The position numbers and the translations under genes were made by a program. Of a stretch of DNA of 64,000 nucleotides, positions 13,501 through 25,500 are shown in pieces. Location: positions 17,918,001 to 17,982,000 of the forward strand of contig CATNEN010000001.1 in assembly GCA_950097015.1 (NCBI GenBank), given 5' to 3'. The notes below the pieces were generated by a model. It made no database searches and was not told where the DNA came from. It worked only from the letters and a program-made list of their open reading frames with translations. The stretch comes from Macrostomum hystrix. Lineage: Eukaryota > Animalia > Platyhelminthes. Each line of letters starts with the position of its first letter. Position 1 is the stretch's first letter.

Positions 13501-16500
13501 GATTCAGAGCCTGAGCGGCAAGAACACATTGCCAGAATACAAGGTCCAAGAGATCAAACGGTCCCGCTGCATACTGTTACACTATGGCCTCTTGAAGATC
13601 ACCTGGGACTGGCTGATCCTGCTGTGCACATTCTACATAGCCATCATGGTGCCCTACAATGCGGCCAGCAGCTCCGGCAAGCTGAAGAAAGCTACAGGCG
13701 CGGACGACGCCGGCATCGCTGTCGACTTGCTGGTGGAAGTTGTCTTCATTGCCGGTGAGTTACTTCATACAGATCCCATCAGTGCCTCATACAGATCCCA
13801 TCAGTGCCTCATACAGATCCCATCAGTGCCTCATACAGATCCCATCAGTGCCTCATACAGATCCCATCAGTGCCTCATACAGATCCCATCAGTGCCTCAT
13901 ACAGATCCCATCAGTGCCTCATACAGATCCCATCAGTGCCTCATACAGATCCCATCAGTGCCTCATACAGATCCCATCAGTGCCTCATACAGATCCCATC
14001 AGTGCCTCATACAGATCCCATCAGTGCCTCATCCAGATCCCATCAGGGCCTCATACAGATCCCATCAGTGCCTCATACAGATCCCATCAGTGCTTCATCC
14101 AGATCCCATCAGTGCTTCATACAGATCCCATCAGTGCTTCATCCAGATCCCATCAGCGCTTCATACTGATCCCATCAGCGCTTCATCCAGATCCCATCAG
14201 TGCTTCATACTGATCCCATCAGTGCTTCATGCAGATTCCATCAGTGCCTCATCCAGATTCAGGCTTCTGTGTCTCAGGATTCTAGCAGAGATTAACTTTT
14301 CCATTCGATGTTCTTTTTATCCCCAGTCAAGCTGAGCTCAATCCGGCCGAATCCGGCCTCTAAAATCTCCCCTCTCCCAATAATCGTCGCTGACCCTCGC
14401 ATCGCATCTCGTTGCTGTCACCTCTGGCTGTCTGGGCCCAGCCCCACAAACTCAGGATCTCTGCTGGACTCGCAATTTCCTGTTCTTCTGAGGAGGCTAA
14501 GCGTGTAGAAAATCAGCTAAAGGCGCGGACGCGGTAGACAGAGTAGAAAGGTCATGGCATGCTGGCCTAAATTATAATAGGGGATCGATGTTCTCTGCGC
14601 TCGGACTAAAAGGTCGCGGATTCATAACTATTTTATAGATTTTAAGAGAAGATTAGCAGCCCAGCAATGACGGTCATTTCCTATTTTAAGCAGGAAATGA
14701 AGCGATCAAGAATGGCATAGTTGATTGCTGTAGGAAGTTTGGTGGACAATCGCACCGCTGTCTTCTGAATAGGATTATCTGACATCAACAGATTTTATTA
14801 ACAAAGAGTTGAGACCATTGCTGTCAAATTTCAAAAAGAGGTGCGATAAATATTTTCATGATTCAACTAAATTCGTATCGAAGATACAAGTAAATACGAG
14901 GTTTGGGTCTATTTTTAGAACAAAGTGCAGAGAAGGATAGAAAATTTTTTGCTAAAATGTACATACTCGTCCATGAACACAGATAAGGTGAAAGCCTGGA
15001 GTGAGGTGGAATGACTTCGATGCTGTCTTGCGATGACGAACAATTGGCTGAAATCTATTTTTAGAACATAGCATAAACCCGTGAATCCCATCCAAATAAG
15101 AAGAAATTTAATTGGTCCCTGGTAGATTTGACCTTGATGAAAAATGAATGTGATGATTTAACAAACCACACTTCACCAGCGTGATAATTCGAAACTAAGT
15201 TAAAGAATTAAAACGATTGGACGGTTCGGCGCAAGTGAATTTTCATTGGGGATTCATGCACTCAGTTATATTATCAAAGTGTACACTTATGCTTCGTACA
15301 CTAGCCAGAAATAGATTTTTAGAATTGTTTGCAAAAATCTTTCAGATTAAGCGTCATCCACTTAGATTAAGCAATTAACGCATATATATTTTTCAGATAT
15401 ATGCATCAACTTTCGCACAACTTTCGTCAGCAAAAGTGGGCAAGTTGTGTACTGCCAGAGAATGATCGCCATTAACTATTTAAAAACTTGGTTCTTCCTG
15501 GACATGCTGGCAGCTGTGCCGTTTGACATCATCATTCTCATCAGCAATGCTGTCAGCTCAGATCTGGCGTCGAAAATGGTGAGAGTTTGTTTGCCTTTTC
15601 TTCACAGTTTAAGTGATTGTCTAACCGTTTACCGAATCCAACATCCACCATGCAAAGTTCTGTCAAGATTCTTCAACCAGTGAGCGTCGGGATATTGCCA
15701 GTTGGCCCGCCTGCTTCATCAGCCAGCTGCAGTCACGGGGGGCATTCTCGGTACTTGTCAAGTGAAGCAAAATTCCATTGCTCACAGCTCAGAGTTTTTT
15801 ATTAAACAGTTAGCACAGCCAGTCCTGCGAAATTTAAATTTTGGATTGCATAAAATGTCCAACCTCGAAAGATTTCGATATTTAATTTAAATCGAAAAAT
15901 ATTATAAGTGGTATAAAAACGAATGTTGCACATTGTCGATTAATTAATTCTACAAATAGATAAGCAGGAAATTTCTCACAAGTTGAACGAGAAAATAACA
16001 AAATAACGAAATAATGAGTTGCACCTAAAGTTGAATGTTTGGTGAAAAAAAATTCTAATTACCTACCTAACTTTTGACGCCATCTTATATTAACAAAAGT
16101 CGGTTATCCAATCAGAAAATTAGCAAAAAAATTAAGAATACCCGAAGAAATAAGTTAAGCAGTTATCAAGATAAAAAATGGTCAATTAAAGAGCAACCTA
16201 TCAATTACAAGCTTTAAACCTGACTAATCATTTGGCCGGAAAAAAATTAATTGATTATCTAATTTACTGAATACAGTTTTAAATGACACATCGATAAAGT
16301 AATTCGAAAAAAATATAAATTTTGTCTAAATAAAAACGAATGGGAAGAACAATGAAACCGTTATTTTTCTGGGACTCGGTTTTTACTCAAAGCACTTTAC
16401 TCGAGCTTTCATATTTAAGAGCACCAGACATGTTTAATGCTTCTAATAATTGCAAGGAAATTTAATTAAATTTTGCAACTTAAGCGTATTTAATTCGCTG

Positions 16501-19500
16501 TTTTACCTCACTCACTTCAGTGATAATAAAGAGATGTTATTAAATTATAATTCGATAACCCGGGTAGGTTTTTAATTGACTGAAAGAAGTTACAGACTTA
16601 AAAAGTAATAATAAAATTTATGGTCACATTTGTCATATGTGTAATAGTCATATTTGCTATATTTAAAAGAGCAAATAAATCTGTCAGAAGTCAACTTTAG
16701 ACACACGGCGGATTAGGGTTAATAGTACACGCCGTATTTTTATATATGTAAGGTACTCTAGCATGATAAGCACATCGGATAGCTCATATGTACAAATATT
16801 TTATAATGCGTGTAAATACTGGATAACTTATCTAGATAACGCTTGAAATAAAAAAATCACTGTAAATTAAAACTTGTTTTAATCGATTGTTTAGATTTTC
16901 AAAACGATAGCACCATTAACACCATTGTAATAACTTAACAAAAGTGTTAAAACATTTTCGACACGCTTGGACGAATAATTAAAGTAGACATCATGCTAAA
17001 TTAAAATAAATTAAATTAGTTATTTGTAATTCGTATGTAATACAATAGGATTACACTACACAAATGACAAATTAAAATTACACTACACCACACTACACAA
17101 AAAAATGAAAAATTCCAATCGCAAGCTTCATTATGATAATTCTCTATTAAGTTTAGGAAAAGAAGCGAAGAAGTTTCCATCTGAATGTCTTTTCTTTCTT
17201 TTTTTAAACTGAGCATTTCTTTCTCCTAGTTTATATATATATTTAATTCCAATTTCCTCTGCAAAAAAATATATACAATCAAAATCAAAATTTGATGCCA
17301 GTGACGCAGTAGTTGCCATGATGATAGTTTAATACAAATTCCAGGAAACCTTCAACTTGATGAAGCTGGCAAGGATGCTAAGACTGCTCAAGCTTTATCA
17401 AAAAATCGACCGGTACGCCCAGTACTCCAGCCTGGTGCTGCTGCTGCTCATTTCGATGTTCGCTCTCAGTGCTCACTGGTTCGCCTGCATTTGGCTGGTC
17501 ATCGGGCGGAAACAGTTGGAGGTCAATCAGACTCGAGAGATCAGTGAGTGCCGCCGAGCTTTTAGATAGCGGTTTCTTGGAATTCATTACGGGAAATCTC
17601 AACCGGATTGATACCCAACGATAGATTCAAATTATCTGTTTATTTCGGGAACTTGTGCTTCTCTGGGGATTCTTCTCGGGGAATCACAGGGGAATCCCTT
17701 TTGGATTCCATTAGGATTCCTTAAAATTCCTTTGTTGATTCGTTGGGAATTCCTTTGTTGATTCATTGGGAATTCCTTTGTTGATTTCTTAATAATTACT
17801 ATTGGGACTTACTAGGGGAAGTCACGTGAGAATCCAAATGGATTATCCGGAAATCCATTTGGGGATTCCTTTGTAACATTTTTGTTTATTCCTTTGAAAT
17901 TCTTTTGGGGATTCCATAGAAATAATTGTATCGATTCCCTGGGAATTCCTTCGGGGGTTTCCATGGGAATTCCTTCGGGGGATCCATGGGAATTCCTTCG
18001 GGGATCCATGGGAATTCCTTCGGGGGTTCCATGGGAATTCCTTCGGGGGATCCATGGGAATTCCTTCGGGGATCCATGGGAATTCCATCGGGGGTTCCAT
18101 GGGAATTCCTTCGGGGGATCCATGGGAATTCCTTCGGGGATCCATGGGAATTCCTTCGGGGGTTTCCATGGGTATTATTTGGAATTCGTAGGGGAAATCA
18201 TGTGGGATTCCTGGTATAATATCATCGGGATTCACGAAATAATTATTATCTAAAGAATTAGAATCTAAAAGTCCACAGAATCCTAGAAGGACTTGCCATT
18301 GCATAATAAAAGAAATAAAAGGAAATAGCTAGATTTTGAAATACTTATTCTTAGTGCGAATAGTTATCGCTAGCTGGGCCAACTCTCGACCAAATTTCAG
18401 ACTTTAGCCATTTTTTACAACCGGTATTACCTGCTTCGGTTTGAACTGAATTCGAAGCATGGAGTAATAAATTATGGAGAAAATCTAACGAGGTACCAAA
18501 TCTTCATTCTCAAAGCTGGAAAAGGCGTTGGGTTTGTCATAATTATTTTCTTTTTTACTGTATGCCAGTTTTATCAGATTGCAATGGCGGGACCAGGTAG
18601 AATATGGGTGCGTCTTAACCTGCCTGCGCTATATCATTTTTTGTACTTATCTCTGAACTTGGTGCACTTTAAATTACTGCCATATTTTGTTTAAAATTAA
18701 ATTAATGATCGATCAACGTATTGAATAGTACTTTTAATACAGCTTTGTCTGTGCGCCTACTTATTTGAGAAAGGGAAAGGCGATTAACATCAGGCTGAAT
18801 AGTTCGTGTTGCAGGGAATTTTTGTGCAATCAAAATGACCTGGCACTTTTCCGCCTTGAAAACTTTTCAATCAAGGAGAGATTCTAAAGGATTTAAATTC
18901 TTAGTCTCCCCTTAAATAAATTCCTAACTAAACCTCCACCTTCAGACATATATGTCATGACATTTTTCATGCATATAATTATGGGCCACATCAAGATCTA
19001 CTGGAAAATATACCAGTTCAAAGGTTAACTCAGTACCTTAGTTAAACAGGTAAACCTCCCAGTTAAACAGGTAAACCTCCCAGTTAAACAGGTAATCCTC
19101 ACAGTTAAACAGGTTATCCTCCCAGTTAAACAGGTTATCCTCCCAGTTAAACAGGTAAACCTCCCAGTTAAACAGGTTATCCTCCCAGTTAAACAGGTAA
19201 ACCTCCCAATTAAACAGTTAAAAAGTTAAATAGGTAAACATCCCAGTTAGGCATGTAATTTCCGCAGTTCAACAGGTAAACCTCCTAGTTAAACAGGTAA
19301 TTCCCGCAGTTCAACAGGTAAAACTCCCAGTTCAACAGGTAAACCTCCCAGTTCAACAGGTAAACCTCCCGGTTAAATAGGTAAACACGGCTGTTAAATA
19401 GGTAAACACCGCAGTTAAATAGGTAAACCCCACAATTAAACAGGTAAACAGGTAAATACGCATGTAAATCTCCTGGTTTAACAGGTAATTTGAGGTATAC

Positions 19501-22500
19501 TTGGGATATCTCTCTTGGACTAATTATGGGATATGGACTGGTAATCTCAGTTTTAATCCCCAGATGCAATCCTCCAACAAACTCAGGCTGGATCAATAAA
19601 CTCAGCACCGACATCAACGCGCCATTCAACTTCTCCTGCATCGCCGCGTCGTCCGGCGGCTCCTCGACCGTCACCTCATTCGACGACGAGTCGGCCACCG
19701 CTGGCAACGAGAGCTGCAGCGTTGGTGGCCCGGCGAAGGCCTCCAGGTACATCACGGCACTGTACTATACCTGCAGCAGCCTCACTAGCATCGGCTTCGG
19801 CAACGTGTCGGCCAACACCGATCATGAGAAGATCTTTAGCATCTGCGTCATGCTGATCGGAGGTGAGGCTAGATACTGCCTGAAATAGGAGGAAATTCTA
19901 ATCGAAATTAGGATAGAGAATTGACGTGTTAGGGTTTGTAGTGCAGTTGAGTGAGAAAGGAATGTGGCCTCTTGGGCCGTATATTTGAGTTGTTATATAG
20001 TGCCGTCCAGTGCAGGCAGGCCGACGTGCAGTCCAGCCATGAGCGCATTACGCAACAGTGCGTGCATACATACAGTACGTGCCAAGAGCAGTGCACGTTG
20101 ACTATGCCCGCGTGGGAGGGACAGGGCAACGCAGTGCACTACATCTCTCCCCCTCAGAGTAAAAAGGTCAAACGCGCGGCGCATTGAGTGGGTCTTGAAA
20201 AATCAGAACGCAAAAAAAACGCAAATAGTTCGCATGGAAAGATGCCTCTCAGGCCCTGTCACTACAGTCACTCCTTATAGCAGATGTGCCTCTTAGCCTG
20301 CCTGGGGTGGGGCCTCTGCGCTATGGCACCGTCCGTGGCGCCGCCGTCTGTGGCGGGCTGCGGATGAGCGGGCCGGCCGTCCCGCGGTTCGTCTGGCTCC
20401 CAGGGGCACTCGCACAGCGGCTTGGTCTCAGTCACGTGCCGCCGCAGCACGGCCTCGCCTCTCTCCAGCGTCAGTGCATCGCCGTGGACCGCTTTGACGA
20501 GCCAGGGGCGCGGGTCGAACGGGCACCGCAGTTTGGCCTTGCCGCGGTTCCTAAGCAGCACGCGGGCGCCCGCCGCGATGCCGTGTGGTGCTGCCGCTCG
20601 TCGCTTGTCAGTCGCGCGGCGCATCGCCTGCTTGTAGCTGCGGTCATGACGCTGCAGCTGCCGACCGGCGTCGTCCAGCTGCTCCGCGGGGCCGGCCGGC
20701 AGGAGGTCGCCTACGGCCCTGTTAAACATGAGATCGTTGGGCGACCGGCCCGTGCCGCGGTGCACTGAGTTGCGGTAGCCGAGCAGCCACTCATGGATGG
20801 CCCGGCGCCAGTCCTTGCCCTCCGCTGCCGCGGCGTTGACACACTTGTTGAGGCTGCGGTTGAATCGCTCGACCTCGCCGTTCGCTGCCGGGTAGAGTGG
20901 GGTGACCCTGCGGTGCTGGACTCCGAGGCCGTCGAGGAACTCCTTAAACTCCTCGCTCGTGAAGTAGGTCGCGTTGTCCGTGGTGATCTGCTGTGGCACG
21001 CCGAAGCGACTGAACGAGGCCATGGCGCAGGTGATGATGCTGGCGCTCGTGAGGCTGCGCACCACGTAAGTGTCCGGGTACCGGCTGAAGTAGTCCACCA
21101 GGACCACCACGTTCTCGCCCGTCGGGAACGGTCCGCAGACGTCCACGCTCAGCGATTGCCACGGCCCCGGGGGCAGCGGTGTCGGTTGCATCGGCGGCTG
21201 CTTGACGGCGCCGTCCGGTCGAGCCGCCTGGCACGGGCGGCAGCGGGAGACAACGACCTCGACCTGCTGTGTCATGCCGGGCCACCAGACCTTCCGCTGC
21301 AGCCGGTCGCACGTTTTCTTCTGGCCGAGGTGACCCTGGTGTGCCAGTGCGATGGTCAGCTGCTGCAGCTCCGCCGGGATCACGATCTTGCTGCCCCGGA
21401 GCACCACGCCGTCGTGGACGCTGAGCTCATCCTTCAGGGACCGGAAGCTGTGCGCCGGGGCCGCGGCGCCGCAGCGCCAGTGGCCCGTCGCTAGGGCTTG
21501 CATGACGACCGTCAGGGCGGGGTCCCTCTCGGTTGCAGCGCGAATCCTGTCCATCGTCAGGCCCTTCGGTGTCGCGGCCTGGACCACGGCGTTGAGCAGC
21601 CTGGTCTCCGCGGCCACGTCCATGCCCGGCGACGTCTCCGGCAGCGGGTTGCGGCTCAGGGGATCGGCCGGATTGTCCTCGCCCTTGCGGTAGTGTAGCG
21701 TGAACGAGAAGTGCTGCGTCTGTAGCATGATGCGCTCGAGTCGCGGCGGTGGCCGGGAGTCTGGCCTGTAGATGCCCAGCAGCGGCTTGTGGTCGGTGTA
21801 GACGTCGAAATGAGGACAGCCCTCCAGGTAGAACGCGAACTTTAGGCAGCCGAACTTGACGCCCAGGGCCTCGCGCTCGATCTGGCTGTAGCGCCGCTCG
21901 ACCTCGCTGAGGGTGCGGCTCGCGTAGGCCACCGGCCGGGTCTGCCCCCCGGGGTGCCGCTGCTGCAGGATGGCGCCGACGCCAGCGGGCGATGCATCGA
22001 CCACCAGCTCTGTTGGCAGCTGTTTGTCGAAGAAGGCCAGGGTGCGGCTCTCCGAGATGCAGTCCTTGACGTTCTGGAAGGCCTGCTGCTGCTCGCTGTC
22101 CCAGACAAACTCCTGGCCCTTCCGTGTCAGCCGCCTGAGCGGCTCCGCCATGTCCGCTAGCTGGGGCATGAACTTTTCCAGGTGATTGGCCAGGCCGAGA
22201 AACGACCGGACCTCCTTGACGGACTGTGGGTCTTTGAAGGCTTGCAGCTCGGCGATCTTCTCTTGTGATGGCTGGATCCCAAACTTGGACAGCGTCATCG
22301 CCATGAACTTGGCCTTGCCGATCCCCCAGCGGCACTTGCTGCCGTTGAGGGTGATGCCGTGCTCTCGCAGTCTGGTCAGGCAGGCAGCCACGTGAGTCTT
22401 GTGAGCCTTCAGGTCTCGGCTGTGGACAATGATGTCGTCGTGGATCCACTTAACACCCGTCAGGCCCTCCAGCACTCGCTGCATCACGCGCTGTAGGATC

Positions 22501-25500
22501 TCTGACGCAGAGGCGAATCCCATACTCAGGCGAGTCAACTGCCGCATTCCTCGGGGCGTTGAGAACACGAAGTACTTCCGGCTGTCCTCGCTGATTTCAA
22601 TCTGGTGGAATGCTTTGAAGATGTCGAGCTTGCTGAAGATCGATGAGCCAGCCATGTCGCTTGTCGCCTCCTCGAATGTCGGGATCTGGTGTCGCTCCCT
22701 CAGCGCCGCCTTGTTCACGTCGCGCAGATCCTGCGTGATCCGCACGCTCTTGCCGTCCTCCTTCGGCACCACGACGATGCGGCTGACCCACGGCGTGGGG
22801 CCCTCGACTGGCTGGATGATGCCCAGCTGCTCCTGCTCGTCTAGCTCGCGGTCCAGCGCCTCCCGGAGGTGCACCGGAACGCGGGAGGGCGGGTGGCAGA
22901 TTGGTCTGGCGTCGGATTTGATGTTGATCTGCACAGAGACGTCCTTGACCTTGCCGAGGCCTCTGAAGAGCTCGGGAAATTGCCTGACGACCGCCTGGAT
23001 AGCGGGGTCCTCCGTCTCGGTTGCCTCGATCGCGTGGACCTGAGGCCCCAGGCTCAGGAGCCGGAGCGCAGTCGAGGCCTCACGTCCCAGGATGTTGGTG
23101 CCGCCGCCGGGGACGACGATGAAGCGAACCGTCCTGCTGTTCTGCCCCGTTGACACCCGAAGGCTGCAGGCTCCCAGAGTGCTGAGCGGCTTCGGCGAGC
23201 GGAAGGCGAAGATCTTCGTGCGAGTTGCCTGCAGCTGCGGGGGTCCCGGCAGTGTCCGCCAGGCCTGCTCGGTGATGATGTTGCAGTCAGCGCCGCTGTC
23301 CACCAGCACGGGCAGCTGCGTTGAACCGACGAACACCGACGTCTGGGCTCCGGCTGCCGCGGTTCCTGTGGCTGCCACGGTCAGGCAGAACACGCCGTCC
23401 TCCGCCGCTGAACTGTCGCTGTCAGCCTGCAGGGCGTGGACGTCTTCCTTCGGCCGGGACAGGCAGGCCCTCGCCAGGTGATTTCGCTTGCCGCAGCGGT
23501 TGCACGTCTTGCCTTCGGCTGCGCTGCACGTGCGGTGGCCGGGGGCTCCGCACCTGATGCACCTGGTCTGCCTGCCGTTCGGCTGCTTGTCTTGCGGCTG
23601 CCCTGTCGGCCGCCGCGCTGCAGGGGCTGCTGCACCGGCCTCCTGACGTCGGAGCCGCTGCACAGACGCATCGTTGGCCTCCATGACGCTCGCTTGGGCC
23701 TCCGCCGCTTCCATGGCCCGGGCCGCCCGCACCGCCTGCTCCAGGTCCACGTTGTCGATGGCTAGCAGCTTTCGACGGAGCTGGTCGGAGCTGCAGCAGG
23801 CAATCACCTGATCACGGATCAGAGACTCTCGCAGGTCACCGAAGGCGCAGCAGTCGGCGGCGTCCTTGAGGCGCTGGAGCCAGTCGTCTATGGGCTCACC
23901 GGGGCGCTGAGTGCAGAGCCTGAACTGGTAGCGGGTGAACGGCAGATTCCGCTTGCCGTCGAAGTGCTGATTGAGCGCGACAACGAGTGTATCGATGTCC
24001 TTGCCCGCCGCCTCGTTGGTGAGGCCGGCCGCGATCGCCTGCAGGTCCTCGCCGGCGGTGTACAGTAGCAGCTGGCGCAGCCGCTTCTTGTCGTCGATGC
24101 CTGCGGCGACCGCGAACAGCTGGAACTGGGCGAGCCATTTCTTCCATTTTGTCTGGGCTGTGCTAGGGTCCGTGCGCAGGTCCAGTGCGGGTGGGGTTTG
24201 AATACTGACTTGCGATGCCATTGTAGTGCAGTTGAGTGAGAAAGGAATGTGGCCTCTTGGGCCGTATATTTGAGTTGTTATATAGTGCCGTCCAGTGCAG
24301 GCAGGCCGACGTGCAGTCCAGCCATGAGCGCATTACGCAACAGTGCGTGCATACATACAGTACGTGCCAAGAGCAGTGCACGTTGACTATGCCCGCGTGG
24401 GAGGGACAGGGCAACGCAGTGCACTACAGGGTTGATTATCGACCCTTAATACCGGGGGTAGAGAATTGAGGTGTTAGGGGCCAATTATGGATTCTAATTA
24501 CCTGAGAGTAGAGAAATGAAATGCTGAACCTAATAATCAATACTAAGTACCTGGCGGTGTAGAAAATTGAGGTGTTGGGACCAATTATCGATCCTAATTA
24601 CCTGGGGGTAGAGAATTGTGTGTTGCTGCTAATTATTGATCTTAATTACCTAGCGGTAGACAAATGAGGTGTTGGCCTTAATTATCAGTTCTAACTACCT
24701 GGTTATAAATAAATGATGCGTAATTGCTAATTATCAAGGTCAATTACCTGAATTAGAGAACCGGAAGTAAAACAATAATTTTGCTCTCCCATGCGACTGC
24801 CAGCGCTGATGCACGCTGCCGTGTTCGGAAACGTGACAGCCCTGATTCAGAAGATGTACGCCAAACGCGCCGCCTACACGGCCAAGACGCAAGAGCTAAA
24901 AGACTTCACGAGAACGCATCACATACCGAAGCATTTGAAGCGAAGGATGCAGGAGTTCTTTCAGGCCATGTGGTCAATTAACAGGGGAATTAATCCCAGC
25001 GAGGTTAGTCTCACCTGTCTCACCGGTGTGTACGAGTTCTTAGCTGTTCTGCCAACTCGATCCGCATCCTTCGAATCCAGGTAATGAAGGACTTCCCCGA
25101 GGAGCTGCGCGGTGACATCGCCCTCCACCTGAACCGCGAGATTCTCTCGCTGCCAATCTTTGAGACGGCCAGTCAGGGCTGCCTGAAGGCCATTGCTCAG
25201 CAGATCCAGACTGTATTCTGCAGACCCGAGGAGTATCTTGTGCACTCCGGAGATGTGCTCAAATACATCTACTTCGTAGTGAACGGCTCCATGGAGATAC
25301 TCAAGGAGAACATGGTTGTTGCCATTCTGGGTGAGCTCGAAACTGGGGATCGCTTGTCTTCAAATCTTTTTTGGATCAGCTATTGACGTTTGGGGATCAG
25401 ATGCTGAAATTTAGGGATCAGATGCTGAAATTTAGGGATCAGATGTTGACGTTTGGGGATCAGATGCTGAAATTTAGGGATCAGATGCTGAAATTTAGGG

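Larger units (their letters stand above)
19937..24428 (-). mobile_element. Full-length Ty3/gypsy LTR retrotransposon (Mag-like), 4492 bp
   Basis: Two 207-bp LTRs (TGT...ACA), 5-bp TSD GGGTT at 19932-19936 and 24429-24433, PPT, PBS, single gag-pol ORF in PR-RT-RH-IN order. Confidence 0.98.

Noticed and set aside
13755-14335. In-frame extension of the S1-S2 exon into repeats
   Set aside because: A strong GTGAGT donor and phase-matched next exon explain the gene; the extension is repeat translation.
20286-24201. Many short ORFs overlapping the retrotransposon
   Set aside because: Shadow frames of a GC-rich gag-pol; no recognisable motifs.
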